This document shows, in pieces, positions 9,136 through 17,537 of a stretch of 45,078 nucleotides of DNA. This DNA comes from a virus. Its lineage: Duplodnaviria > Caudoviricetes. The notes under the pieces are model-generated. The model had not been told where the DNA came from. It ran no database searches and saw only the letters and a list, made by a program, of their open reading frames with translations. A program made the translations under genes and the position numbers. Position 1 is the first letter of the stretch; each line of letters opens with the position of its first letter. The stretch covers positions 1-45,078 of IMG/VR virus record IMGVR_UViG_3300037461_001180; one strand, 5' to 3'.

Positions 9136-9416
9136 GCGAGAAAGGCCAGGCGGCGGGTGGCGCTGTCATACGCTGGCGTTGCGCCCATCAATGTGGGCGC
9201 GAGGTGAGCGACAACTTCTATCAGAACATGATTAAGAAAGCCAAGCACCCCCCCTTATGCGTCTGTCGCTACTCATTCAACGGCGGGTGGAATCCTCCGT
9301 GGTCGCGCTGGGAGGAGGTCGTCATTCGTCCGGAGCGGGGACTGGTGCCAGAGACCGATGAGGCGGCGGATTCCAGGTTAATTCAGCCCTGCAATAAGGG
9401 CATGTCAGGAGCATGA
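9132..9416 (+). CDS. Hypothetical protein with Cys pairs (possible zinc ribbon)
   Basis: Overlaps both neighbours by ATGA; contains CAHQC and CVC. Confidence 0.5.
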   Translation: MSEKGQAAGGAVIRWRCAHQCGREVSDNFYQNMIKKAKHPPLCVCRYSFNGGWNPPWSRWEEVVIRPERGLVPETDEAADSRLIQPCNKGMSGA

Positions 9417-9637
9417 ACATGATGGTGGTAGAACTAGGCTATGCAGGTAAGACCATGAAAATGAGCAAAGAAGAGCAAGTTTGGCAGGCTGAGGAAGACT
9501 TGCGCGTGCTGATGGAGGCAAAAAAGATCAAAGCCGACAAGAGCCGGTACGCGGCGGCGGTCGCTCAAGGGCGGGAGCGGCTGGACCGGCTGATGAAGAT
9601 CGTGGGTGACGACGATGCGGCGGAGGTGAAATCCTGA
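9413..9637 (+). CDS. Small hypothetical head-module protein (start may be 9455 or 9461)
   Basis: 'WQAEEDLRVLMEAKKIKAD'; stop overlaps the scaffold start. Confidence 0.65.
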   Translation: MNMMVVELGYAGKTMKMSKEEQVWQAEEDLRVLMEAKKIKADKSRYAAAVAQGRERLDRLMKIVGDDDAAEVKS

Positions 9638-10551
9638 TGGGCGCCATTCTGGACGAAGAACTTGTGGGGCTGTCGGACGAGGAGCGTAAGGCACTGTCTG
9701 GCGATGACGACGTTGAAGATCAAGAGGTCCTGAGATCGCTGGTGCAGGAAGGCGGCGATGAGGAGGATGACGAACCGACGGAAGATGAGCCCGCGGCGGT
9801 CACAACGGGGCAGGAACCGGCAGCAATGGACCAGGGTAAGGCGCAGCCAGGGGTTAACTTGGCGGACGCGGAGACGGGGCCTGGCGAGTTCCAGCCAGTC
9901 TATGTGGCCCAGCCGGTGGAAAGGTACGCCGATCAGATGGCGTGGATCGCGCAGCAACAGACGGAGCTCGCCAAGGGATATGAAGATGGGGATTATGACC
10001 TGGCCACGTATCAGGCCAGGTTACGCGCCCTGACGGAGCATGAGTGGGGGCTGCGTGAACAGCAGTTAAAGGCCAACCTGGCGGTGGAGCAACGCACGCA
10101 GCAGATGGCCCAGCGTTGGCAGTGGGAGCAGGAGCGGTTTTTCAGCCAGGCAACCAATCGGGCCTACCGTGAGGACCCGGTGATTGGGCCGGCCTTCTCC
10201 GCGGCGGTGCAGCTATTGGCAACCGATGCGAACAATAATGCGCGGCCGATGAATTGGTTTTTGGAAGAGGCCGACCGCATGACGCGGGCCAGGTTCCGTT
10301 TGCCAGGTGAAGAAGGCGCCAGCGTGGCGCATGGCCAGAAGGCCCCGATCCCGGGGGCGGCCGGGAGAGGCGGGCGTACCAACGGTGGGCAAATACCGCC
10401 GACCTTGGGCGGTCTGCCGGCGGCGACTATCCCCGAGGTGGGCGGCGATGAGTTCTCCCGGCTTGATCGTCTCGATGGCATGGACCTGGAACGGGCCTTG
10501 GCGCGGTTGAGCCAGGCGGAGGCCGACCGCTATCTGATGGGGCGGGGGTAA
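9637..10551 (+). CDS. Capsid scaffolding protein
   Basis: Acidic N-terminus, coiled-coil middle, C-terminal 'PPTL...LDGMDLERALARLS'; lies between portal and capsid. Confidence 0.7.
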   Translation: MGAILDEELVGLSDEERKALSGDDDVEDQEVLRSLVQEGGDEEDDEPTEDEPAAVTTGQEPAAMDQGKAQPGVNLADAETGPGEFQPVYVAQPVERYADQMAWIAQQQTELAKGYEDGDYDLATYQARLRALTEHEWGLREQQLKANLAVEQRTQQMAQRWQWEQERFFSQATNRAYREDPVIGPAFSAAVQLLATDANNNARPMNWFLEEADRMTRARFRLPGEEGASVAHGQKAPIPGAAGRGGRTNGGQIPPTLGGLPAATIPEVGGDEFSRLDRLDGMDLERALARLSQAEADRYLMGRG

Positions 10552-10587
10552 TGGTGCGCTGGCGGCCAGCCCACGGTAAGTGACCCA

Positions 10588-10818
10588 ATGCCCAGTTACC
10601 ATGACCTGAAGATTGGTGAGACCCTGCATTTTGTGGGGTCTGGCCAGGTGGATGTGACCTTGATTGCCAAGTCAGGGCGGCGGGCACGCCTGGCCATCGA
10701 GGCGGATGTGGCGGTGGCGATTCAGCCGCGGCCGGCCGTGGCTGATTCGGTGCTGCTGGACGCCGCGGGTTCGCCTAAGAAACCGGGCGTCCCGGGCGGC
10801 CAGCACACAAAATCCTGA
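10588..10818 (+). CDS. CsrA/RsmA-like small protein
   Basis: 'LKIGETLHFVGSGQVDVTLIAKSGRRARLAIEADVAVAI' aligns by eye with the CsrA pattern '[37 protein letters not shown]'. Bcep22-like phages are reported to carry a CsrA-like gene. Confidence 0.6.
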   Translation: MPSYHDLKIGETLHFVGSGQVDVTLIAKSGRRARLAIEADVAVAIQPRPAVADSVLLDAAGSPKKPGVPGGQHTKS

Positions 10819-10857
10819 ACACAAGTCTGCTACAAATGCTAATAGCGCGCGCACAAT

Positions 10858-10922
10858 CCTGATCACAAGATCAGGTTAGCGCGCAGGAGTGCGCTCCGGA
10901 GTTGTTTATTCCACAACTGGAG
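10858..10922 (+). promoter_or_regulatory. Structured capsid-gene leader: three hairpins, one with an AGGA loop and one masking the RBS
   Basis: CCTGATC-ACAA-GATCAGG; AGCGCGC-AGGA-GTGCGCT (10878-10895); CTCC..AGTTG...CAACT-GGAG pairs with the Shine-Dalgarno. Confidence 0.55.
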
Positions 10923-10930
10923 CGTATTCC

Positions 10931-12058
10931 ATGGCTAAGACCATCGTCGGCGTCGGCGACGCCAAAGCAATCAAGCGATATTCCGCCTTCCTGGCCGTTG
11001 ATGTCGGCCGCAAGTCCTATTTCAATCGTAAGTTCATGGGCGTAGGCGAGGAGGCCCAAACCCCCTTGCAGACCCTGCCGCATCTGGAAAACGATGCCGG
11101 CGATCAGATTTCATACGACCTGGTGATGCAGCTCAAAATGAAGCCCATCCAGGGAGATGCCACCTTGCGCGGCAAGGAAGAGGACCTGAAGTTCTACACG
11201 GACTCCCTCTACATCGACCAGTTGCGCGGCGGCGTCAACACCGGCGGCAAGATGTCGCGGAAGCGCACCATCCACGATATGCGCGCCATCGCCCGCGTGC
11301 GTGAATCCGAATGGTGGGCCAGGCTGTTCGACGAGACCCTGTTCCAGTATCTGTCGGGGGCCCGTGGCGTCAACTCGGACTTCATCGAGGACACCAGCTT
11401 CACCGGCTATGCCACGAACGCCTTTGTCGCCCCGGATGCCCTGCATATCCTGTACGGCGGCGACGCCACCTCCAAGGCGACGCTGGACGCCGCCGACAAG
11501 ATCAGTCTGAGCGTCATCGACAAGGCCCTGGCGCGTGCCGAGGTCATGGGCGGCGGTACTTCGGGTATCCCCAGCATCCAGCCCTGCGAGATCGACGGCG
11601 AACCGCATTTCGTGCTGGTGATGCACCCCTGGCAGGAATACGACTTGCGCACCACTACCAGCACCGGCCAGTGGCTTGATATTCAGAAGGCGGCAGCCGG
11701 TGCCGAGGGCAAGGCCAACCCGATCTTTAAGGGCGGGCTCGGCATGTACAACAACGTCGTGCTGCATAAGCACAAGGCGGTGATTCAGTTCTCCGACTAT
11801 GGCGCCGCTTCGCCGCCTGTGGTGAACGCTGGGCGTGCCCTCTTCCTGGGTCGGCAGGCTGGCGTGGTGGCCTTTGGCTCCCCCGGTACTGGGCTGCGTT
11901 TTGACTGGAATGAGGAGCTGGAGGATCGGGGTAACCAGGTGGTTATCACGACTTCGAGCATCTTCGGTGTCAAGAAGTCGGCTTTTACCATCGACGGGAC
12001 CAGCCGCGACTTTGGCGTGATTGCCATTGATACCGCCTGCGCCGATCCGACCGCCTAA
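10931..12058 (+). CDS. Major capsid protein (N4-gp56/DUF4043 type)
   Basis: 'AGDQISYDL', 'LRGKEEDLKFY', 'IDQLR', 'MSRKRTIHD', 'NPIFKGGLGMYNNVVLH', 'FGVKKSAF'; GGAG RBS. Confidence 0.92.
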   Translation: MAKTIVGVGDAKAIKRYSAFLAVDVGRKSYFNRKFMGVGEEAQTPLQTLPHLENDAGDQISYDLVMQLKMKPIQGDATLRGKEEDLKFYTDSLYIDQLRGGVNTGGKMSRKRTIHDMRAIARVRESEWWARLFDETLFQYLSGARGVNSDFIEDTSFTGYATNAFVAPDALHILYGGDATSKATLDAADKISLSVIDKALARAEVMGGGTSGIPSIQPCEIDGEPHFVLVMHPWQEYDLRTTTSTGQWLDIQKAAAGAEGKANPIFKGGLGMYNNVVLHKHKAVIQFSDYGAASPPVVNAGRALFLGRQAGVVAFGSPGTGLRFDWNEELEDRGNQVVITTSSIFGVKKSAFTIDGTSRDFGVIAIDTACADPTA

Positions 12059-12134
12059 CGACTGCCTGACCCTGAGTTCGTCCGGGCCAGGCGCCCGGGC
12101 GGGCTGAACAAGATTGCCATTTGAGGAATTCGAG

Positions 12135-12614
12135 ATGACTACTGCTGCACTGACCTACCGCTCCGACCACGCCTCGGGCAAAAAGCCCATGCCGTCGCCC
12201 GCCGGCTCCGAGGTGGTGAATGTCCTGATGAAACTGACCCTGACATCCGCCCAGGTGGATGCCCTGGCGGCCAATGACACGATTGTCATGGGCTACCTGC
12301 CGGAGGATTGCGCCTTTGTCGATGCCGTCTGCGCCATGACGGCGGGCATTGATACCGGCTCCGCCCTGGATCTGGACTTTGGCGTGCTCAAGGATGACGA
12401 ATCCGACCTGGAAACCGAGTTGCAGAACTCGATCCTGGTGGACGGCACCACCAGCCTGGCGCGGGTGACCCTGACCGAGACCATGCTGACCCTGGCCACG
12501 ACAGGCGCGCAACGCAAAAAGGTGGGCTACAAGGTAGCGACCGCCGCGGGAACGCCTGCGGCCGGGACCATCTATCTGAGCCTGTCCTATCGCACCACGA
12601 CTTACGGCATCTGA
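12135..12614 (+). CDS. Virion structural protein (capsid decoration/cement-like)
   Basis: GAGG RBS; immediately after the capsid gene; beta-rich. Confidence 0.65.
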   Translation: MTTAALTYRSDHASGKKPMPSPAGSEVVNVLMKLTLTSAQVDALAANDTIVMGYLPEDCAFVDAVCAMTAGIDTGSALDLDFGVLKDDESDLETELQNSILVDGTTSLARVTLTETMLTLATTGAQRKKVGYKVATAAGTPAAGTIYLSLSYRTTTYGI

Positions 12615-12632
12615 GCTGGATTGATCTAACCC

Positions 12633-12656
12633 TCGGCGCCCCGCGCGGGGCGCCGA
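12633..12656. repeat. Perfect 24-bp GC-rich palindrome (intergenic hairpin)
   Basis: tcggcgccccgcgcggggcgccga is its own reverse complement; no U tract follows. Confidence 0.8.
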
Positions 12657-12674
12657 CATTGCAGAGGCACGCAC

Positions 12675-13253
12675 ATGGCTATTACGGGAATCAACAGCTT
12701 GCACCAGGACGAGCGCCTGGTGGTGGAAGAACTGGTCGCGGATGACGTAACCGCCAGTGACGATCTGGTGGTGGGCGACGATGTGACGGTGGGCGACGAT
12801 CTGACGGTGACGGATGACGCCCTGGTCAGCGGCGATTTGCAGGTGACAGGAAACACCAGCCTGGGGGGCATCGTGCTCCCGCACACGATCACGATTGCCC
12901 TGGCGGCGTCGGCGACGACGGATGGCATGGACATCACGGTTAGCCTCAAGACAGCCGCCGGAGCGGCCTTGGGCCAGGTGAATACCCTGATCCTCTATAT
13001 GAGTGAGACGAACACTGGCTCCGGCATTACGGGGGACACCTATTCTGGCGATCTGACGGCCAGCGAGGGGGCGATCCTGGGCAGCCTGGTGGCCAAAAAG
13101 ATGTGGATGGTGAATACCACGGGCGGCGGCGTGTTCAAGGGGACCTTGGTGGCCTCGGCCAATCCCGCCGATCAGTATGTGGTGGCTATCCATCCCTTCA
13201 ACGGCAAGCCGGTGGTATCGGCCGTCTCCGGGACCAGTTGGCAAGGCGCCTGA
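12675..13253 (+). CDS. Virion protein with 6-aa DDLxV repeats (beta-helix-like head fibre or decoration protein)
   Basis: 'DDVTAS DDLVVG DDVTVG DDLTVT DDALVS GDLQVT'; GAGG RBS. Confidence 0.65.
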   Translation: MAITGINSLHQDERLVVEELVADDVTASDDLVVGDDVTVGDDLTVTDDALVSGDLQVTGNTSLGGIVLPHTITIALAASATTDGMDITVSLKTAAGAALGQVNTLILYMSETNTGSGITGDTYSGDLTASEGAILGSLVAKKMWMVNTTGGGVFKGTLVASANPADQYVVAIHPFNGKPVVSAVSGTSWQGA

Positions 13254-13540
13254 TGATGCGCGTGGAGAGCCTGATTAAGCGTCCGTTGGGGCATGAAGTG
13301 ACCTTGGCGGGCGTGAGTTACGCCTTCCGGCCGCCTGATTGGGCGTGTCGGGTGGAGAACCCGGCTCATGCCGCGCACTTTGGGGCGATCAAGGAGGGCT
13401 ATCGGATTGTGCCTGAGCCTCTGGCCCTGGAACTGGAGGTGCCTGGTGGGATGGTTTCCCGTCCGCTTGCCCCCCCGATTAGGCGACGTGGCCGCCCCCG
13501 TAAAGTTGTGACTGAGGTAGCTACAGATGGCGACATCTAA
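13253..13540 (+). CDS. Hypothetical virion-module protein
   Basis: Start overlaps the upstream stop; C-terminal 'RRRGRPRK'. Confidence 0.6.
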   Translation: MMRVESLIKRPLGHEVTLAGVSYAFRPPDWACRVENPAHAAHFGAIKEGYRIVPEPLALELEVPGGMVSRPLAPPIRRRGRPRKVVTEVATDGDI

Positions 13541-13563
13541 CAACGCCTGGACGCCATAACACC

Positions 13564-14175
13564 ATGGCCTCTTTGGACGACTTTCTCGCCATAGTGCGGG
13601 GCCGGCTACCCGGCTGTCCGGACTTCATTCTCAAGGAGGCCGTGCGCGATGCCGCCATCGAGTTTTGCAAGCGCACGCGCCTGTTGGTTGAGCGGATAAC
13701 GGTTGCCGTGGAGGCGGATGAAGCGGCGGTTACACTCTCCCCGGCTACGGACTTACACTGGGAGGTGCTTGACCTGCGCCGGGACAACACCCGGTTGACC
13801 CCCTGGAACCGGCGTGAAGCCACGGTGCAAGACCAGTCCTTAGAGACAGGGACCCCGCAGTATTACTACCAGGAAGGGGACCTCACTCTGGTCCTGAGCC
13901 CCATCCCCGATGCGGATGAGACGCTGACGGCGCTGGTGACCCTGCGCCCTGATGACGCGGCAACGACGCTACCCGATGTGTTGTGGACGGACTACCGTGA
14001 GCCTGTCGCCGCCGGTGCGCGGGCGTGGGTGCGCCGTAATCACGGTGATTGGGTGAACCCTGAGTTGGAAGCAGAGGATCGGGCGATCTTTGAGCGGGCG
14101 ATCCACAACCAGAATATTCGACGGGCGCGCGGCGGGGCTGATACGGCGCTGCGCGTGCGAGCCCATCCGTTTTGA
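13564..14175 (+). CDS. Head-tail adaptor / tail tubular A-like protein
   Basis: 'LPGCPD...AVRDAAIEFCKRT', 'GTPQYY', 'LSPIPD'; position in the structural module. Confidence 0.7.
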   Translation: MASLDDFLAIVRGRLPGCPDFILKEAVRDAAIEFCKRTRLLVERITVAVEADEAAVTLSPATDLHWEVLDLRRDNTRLTPWNRREATVQDQSLETGTPQYYYQEGDLTLVLSPIPDADETLTALVTLRPDDAATTLPDVLWTDYREPVAAGARAWVRRNHGDWVNPELEAEDRAIFERAIHNQNIRRARGGADTALRVRAHPF

Positions 14176-14196
14176 GCGAGCTACTGAGACACTAGC

Positions 14197-14901
14197 ATGG
14201 CAACCGTCAAAATCCAAGACGTTCTGAACAAGGTCGAGACGATCCTACAGGACGACACTAACGTGCGCTGGACCGCTGGCGAGTTACTGGGGTGGGCGAA
14301 CGATGCCTACCGCGAAATCGTCATGGCCCGCCCAGACCTGAACACGGCTACCGGCACTTTGACCTGTGTCGAGGGCACGCGCCAGGCACTCACAACGACT
14401 CTCGCCCCTCACGCGCTGCGCCTTATCGACATCGTGCGCAACATGGCCGCGACCTCGAACAAAGGGGCGGTTCGCCTGATCAGCCGTATGATCCTGGACG
14501 ACCAAAAGCGCGACTGGCACAACGTCGCCAGTAAATCTGTCAACATCGAATACTATATGTTCGATCCGAGGCTACCTAGAGAATTCCTGGTCTATCCGCC
14601 GGCAACGACGGCGGCGCAACTGGAAGTGGTTTACTCCAGCGTACCCACGGGCCATACCGTGAGCGGCAATACCGTACCGGATGAAGTCATCAAGCTAGAT
14701 GATTCTTGGGCCAACTGCATGGTGGACTACATCCTGTACCGTTGTTACTCCAAGGACGCCGAGTACACTGCCAATACCCAACGCGCGGCCTCCCATTACC
14801 AAGCGATGCTGACCAGCTTGGGGGCCAAGACCCAGGCCGATATGGCGGTGTCGCCACAGGAAGGGGCACCGCGACCACCGACTACCGCGAGGGGGATGTA
14901 A
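14197..14901 (+). CDS. Second adaptor-like virion protein
   Basis: 'LQDDTNVRWT..ELL.WAN', 'FLVYPP', 'DYILYRCYSKDAEY'. Confidence 0.7.
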   Translation: MATVKIQDVLNKVETILQDDTNVRWTAGELLGWANDAYREIVMARPDLNTATGTLTCVEGTRQALTTTLAPHALRLIDIVRNMAATSNKGAVRLISRMILDDQKRDWHNVASKSVNIEYYMFDPRLPREFLVYPPATTAAQLEVVYSSVPTGHTVSGNTVPDEVIKLDDSWANCMVDYILYRCYSKDAEYTANTQRAASHYQAMLTSLGAKTQADMAVSPQEGAPRPPTTARGM

Positions 14902-14904
14902 GCC

Positions 14905-15174
14905 ATGGCTACTACCAATCCAACCATTACAACGGCCTGGGCGAAACTGGTCAACCTAGGCGATGACTTTCTATTGACCCTGCCGTTCACCACCAGGACC
15001 AGTATCGAAGTGGCGATCAAAGACTCTGACGCGGCGCCGACGGTGCAAGGGCATGTCATACGCGGGGATCGCATCGAGGGGCTGAATCGGACACTGCTTG
15101 GCCCTGGGTACGTATTCGCCCGCTGCCAAGAGGGCTCGGTAGTGGCGACGCTGAGCGCCTGGACGCCCACCTAA
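14905..15174 (+). CDS. Hypothetical small virion protein
   Basis: GAGGGG RBS; tightly packed with its neighbours. Confidence 0.65.
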   Translation: MATTNPTITTAWAKLVNLGDDFLLTLPFTTRTSIEVAIKDSDAAPTVQGHVIRGDRIEGLNRTLLGPGYVFARCQEGSVVATLSAWTPT

Positions 15175-15411
15175 ATGCCCGTCCTGACGCAACTGCTAAG
15201 GCTGACGCGCCTGTTGCGGCTGTCTTCTACCGTTGACCCGTATGCACCCGAGAATACTCCAGCGGTGGAGTTGCGCACGGAGGACGGCATTTACCTGGTG
15301 ACGGAAGATGGCAACTATATTGGCGTTGCGCCTTTTGGGCCTATGCTGCTGCTGTGGAGCACGCAGGCGTTGTACTGGGGCGATGAGCCCCTCACGTGGA
15401 GTCCGGTATGA
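15175..15411 (+). CDS. Hypothetical small tail-module protein
   Basis: Abuts both neighbours; 'LRTEDGIYLVTEDG' repeat. Confidence 0.55.
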   Translation: MPVLTQLLRLTRLLRLSSTVDPYAPENTPAVELRTEDGIYLVTEDGNYIGVAPFGPMLLLWSTQALYWGDEPLTWSPV

Positions 15412-16469
15412 GTAAGACAGTCCGCCAGGCCGTAGCCGTTCCGACCCACTTCCTAGTGGCAGATGGAACGGACGAAGCCTCCAATCTCGGCTACGCCACC
15501 GTGGCCCAGGCTCAGAGCCAGTTCGCCGTGGCCGTCCCGACGGGCGCGGGTCAGGCGGATGGACTGATGAGCCATGAGGACAAGGCGAAGCTGGACGTGA
15601 CTCCGCAGCTCGCCGGTGACAACACCTGGACCGCCAAGCAGACCTTCAACCTGTTTGAAGCGGCGGCCGGCACCCTGGTAGCGAATGCGCCGGCCATTAT
15701 CTCCCAGACGTGGAACAATGCCGCCGTGGCGTTTACCGGGCTGAAGATTGATGTCACGAATACGGCGAGCGCGGCGGGGGCGAAGCCGTTTGAGATTAGC
15801 GTAACTGGGTTTAGCGCCCATTTTGATAAGACCGCCAATCTAGTTTTTCCAGCGTTAGGTGGAACACAACTCGGCGCAATCTTTGGTGGCAGTACAATTT
15901 CTGACTGTGTTGCCTACACAGGGCAATACGGAGTGCGGCTATCGTCTACCATACAATTAGCGTGGAGCTCAAACAGAAACCTCAGCAGCCAAGATGTCAC
16001 GCTGCGTCGTAATGCTGTCGGTGTCCTGGGCTTAAACTCGGCGAGTGCGCCCAGTACACTCAATGTGTGCGGTACCTACACCAGCGAAACCGACTACCAG
16101 CGTCTCGGCGTGATCTCTGCCAAACAGGCCCTGACCGCCGCATCCGGCGCCACTGTAGCCACCACGACCCTGAGTATTCCAAAATACTCCCACCTGATAG
16201 GCGTCACCACCCGCGTTACCACGGCGCTGGGCGAGACCAATGGCACAACGGGCTACACCGTGGGCGATGGCACCGATCCCGACCTGTGGGGCGCCGTCAC
16301 GGGCGTCGCCATTGGCACCGCCACCGCTGCCCCAAACTATACCGCCGTCGATGCGCTCGGGCCATCGGCGACGGATCGTACCGTTACCCTGACCGCCGTG
16401 GGCGGAAACTTTAATGGCACTGGCGTGATTGAAGTTTGCGCCTTCTACCTGCGAGCTGAGGCCGATTAA
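15408..16469 (+). CDS. Tail or head fibre protein
   Basis: 'GLMSHEDKAKLD' fibre motif, 'LAGDNTWT..QTF', T/A/G-rich beta composition. Confidence 0.7.
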   Translation: MSKTVRQAVAVPTHFLVADGTDEASNLGYATVAQAQSQFAVAVPTGAGQADGLMSHEDKAKLDVTPQLAGDNTWTAKQTFNLFEAAAGTLVANAPAIISQTWNNAAVAFTGLKIDVTNTASAAGAKPFEISVTGFSAHFDKTANLVFPALGGTQLGAIFGGSTISDCVAYTGQYGVRLSSTIQLAWSSNRNLSSQDVTLRRNAVGVLGLNSASAPSTLNVCGTYTSETDYQRLGVISAKQALTAASGATVATTTLSIPKYSHLIGVTTRVTTALGETNGTTGYTVGDGTDPDLWGAVTGVAIGTATAAPNYTAVDALGPSATDRTVTLTAVGGNFNGTGVIEVCAFYLRAEAD

Positions 16470-16628
16470 ATGAGCGAGCGTATTTCCTACCCAATAGAGC
16501 TGATCGAACAAGTGGGCGCCTATCTGGCAACCAAGCCCTTTCAAGAGGTCTATCAGTTGATCCAGTCCCTCCAGCAAAAGGGCGAGCCGGTCAAAGCCGC
16601 CGCGCCAGCCGAGGAGTCCGCCCCATGA
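16470..16628 (+). CDS. Small fibre-associated protein (52 aa), not in the ORF track
   Basis: MSERISYPIELIEQVGAYLATKPFQEVYQLIQSLQQ...; abuts the upstream stop. Confidence 0.65.
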   Translation: MSERISYPIELIEQVGAYLATKPFQEVYQLIQSLQQKGEPVKAAAPAEESAP

Positions 16629-16720
16629 GCCTGACCGCCCACATCACTACCGCTGACGGCGTGGCCGCGCTGGAGACGGCCGTCGTCGCCGTCGATATGC
16701 GGTTCAGCCGGGAAGGGTAA
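16625..16720 (+). pseudogene. 31-aa ORF, possible truncated fibre-chaperone remnant
   Basis: GAGGAG RBS and ATGA overlap; MSLTAHITTADGVAALETAVVAVDMRFSREG. Confidence 0.35.
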
Positions 16721-16723
16721 GCG

Positions 16724-17368
16724 ATGGCCAATCGTTTGACGGGAGACTACGAGTTCGCTGCGGGGTTAAAAGTGGGCGGCGAAACCGCCTATCTTGACAT
16801 CGCCCCCGATGGCACGCCGACTCTTGCCGGCGATGCGACGGTGTTCGACGATCTTGATTTCGCCATGACCTTTCGGTCGAATGCGAGCGAGAATCCGCCC
16901 GTGTGGACGCAACTGGCCAGCACCGGTATTTATGCCTGGGCCTTCGAGAATGGCGATATAGCGTATTTCCAGCGTCAAATCCCCCACCTGTTCAAGACTG
17001 GCTCCACCTGGCGCGCCCATGTGCATTGGATGCCGACCACGACCGCTACCTACACCGGCACCTGGACGCTGACCTTAACCGGGCACATAACCAGCACCAC
17101 GCCCAGTGAGGCGCCGCTAATCAGTACCATTACGCGCACCGGCAGCTTTAACGTGAGTGCCACGGCCTGGCAGGGGCACCTGACGCAACTTGACGTCGCG
17201 GGCGCGACCCCCGAGTCGCCCATTGACGGGTCTGGCTGGGGGATCAGCACCATCCTGTTTGGCAAGTTGACGCTGACCCTATCAGCCGGTGCTGCCTGCA
17301 TTCTGTCCGGGTTCGATTTGCATGGGCAAATTGACGCACTGGGCAGCAAAGAGGAATACGTCAAGTGA
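16724..17368 (+). CDS. Tail-associated beta-sandwich protein
   Basis: 214 aa in the fibre cluster; 'QIPH..KTGS...HVHW' motif. Confidence 0.65.
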   Translation: MANRLTGDYEFAAGLKVGGETAYLDIAPDGTPTLAGDATVFDDLDFAMTFRSNASENPPVWTQLASTGIYAWAFENGDIAYFQRQIPHLFKTGSTWRAHVHWMPTTTATYTGTWTLTLTGHITSTTPSEAPLISTITRTGSFNVSATAWQGHLTQLDVAGATPESPIDGSGWGISTILFGKLTLTLSAGAACILSGFDLHGQIDALGSKEEYVK

Positions 17369-17523
17369 TCAACAAGCCAGCCGCGACTAACGTGCGGGAG
17401 GCTCTGGCGATACCGACCGGCATTGGTCAGGCAGATGGTATGATGTCGCACCAAGACAAGGCCAAATTGGACCGCGCCGTTTTCGATAGGGCGATGGTCC
17501 TGGCCAGTATGAAAAGCTTTTAA
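17365..17523 (+). CDS. 52-aa paralog of the N-terminal fibre motif of the 15408 gene, not in the ORF track
   Basis: 'IPTGIGQADGMMSHQDKAKLD' versus 'VPTGAGQADGLMSHEDKAKLD'; GAGG RBS and GTGA overlap. Confidence 0.55.
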   Translation: MINKPAATNVREALAIPTGIGQADGMMSHQDKAKLDRAVFDRAMVLASMKSF

Positions 17524-17537
17524 TCTGGAGATATGCC

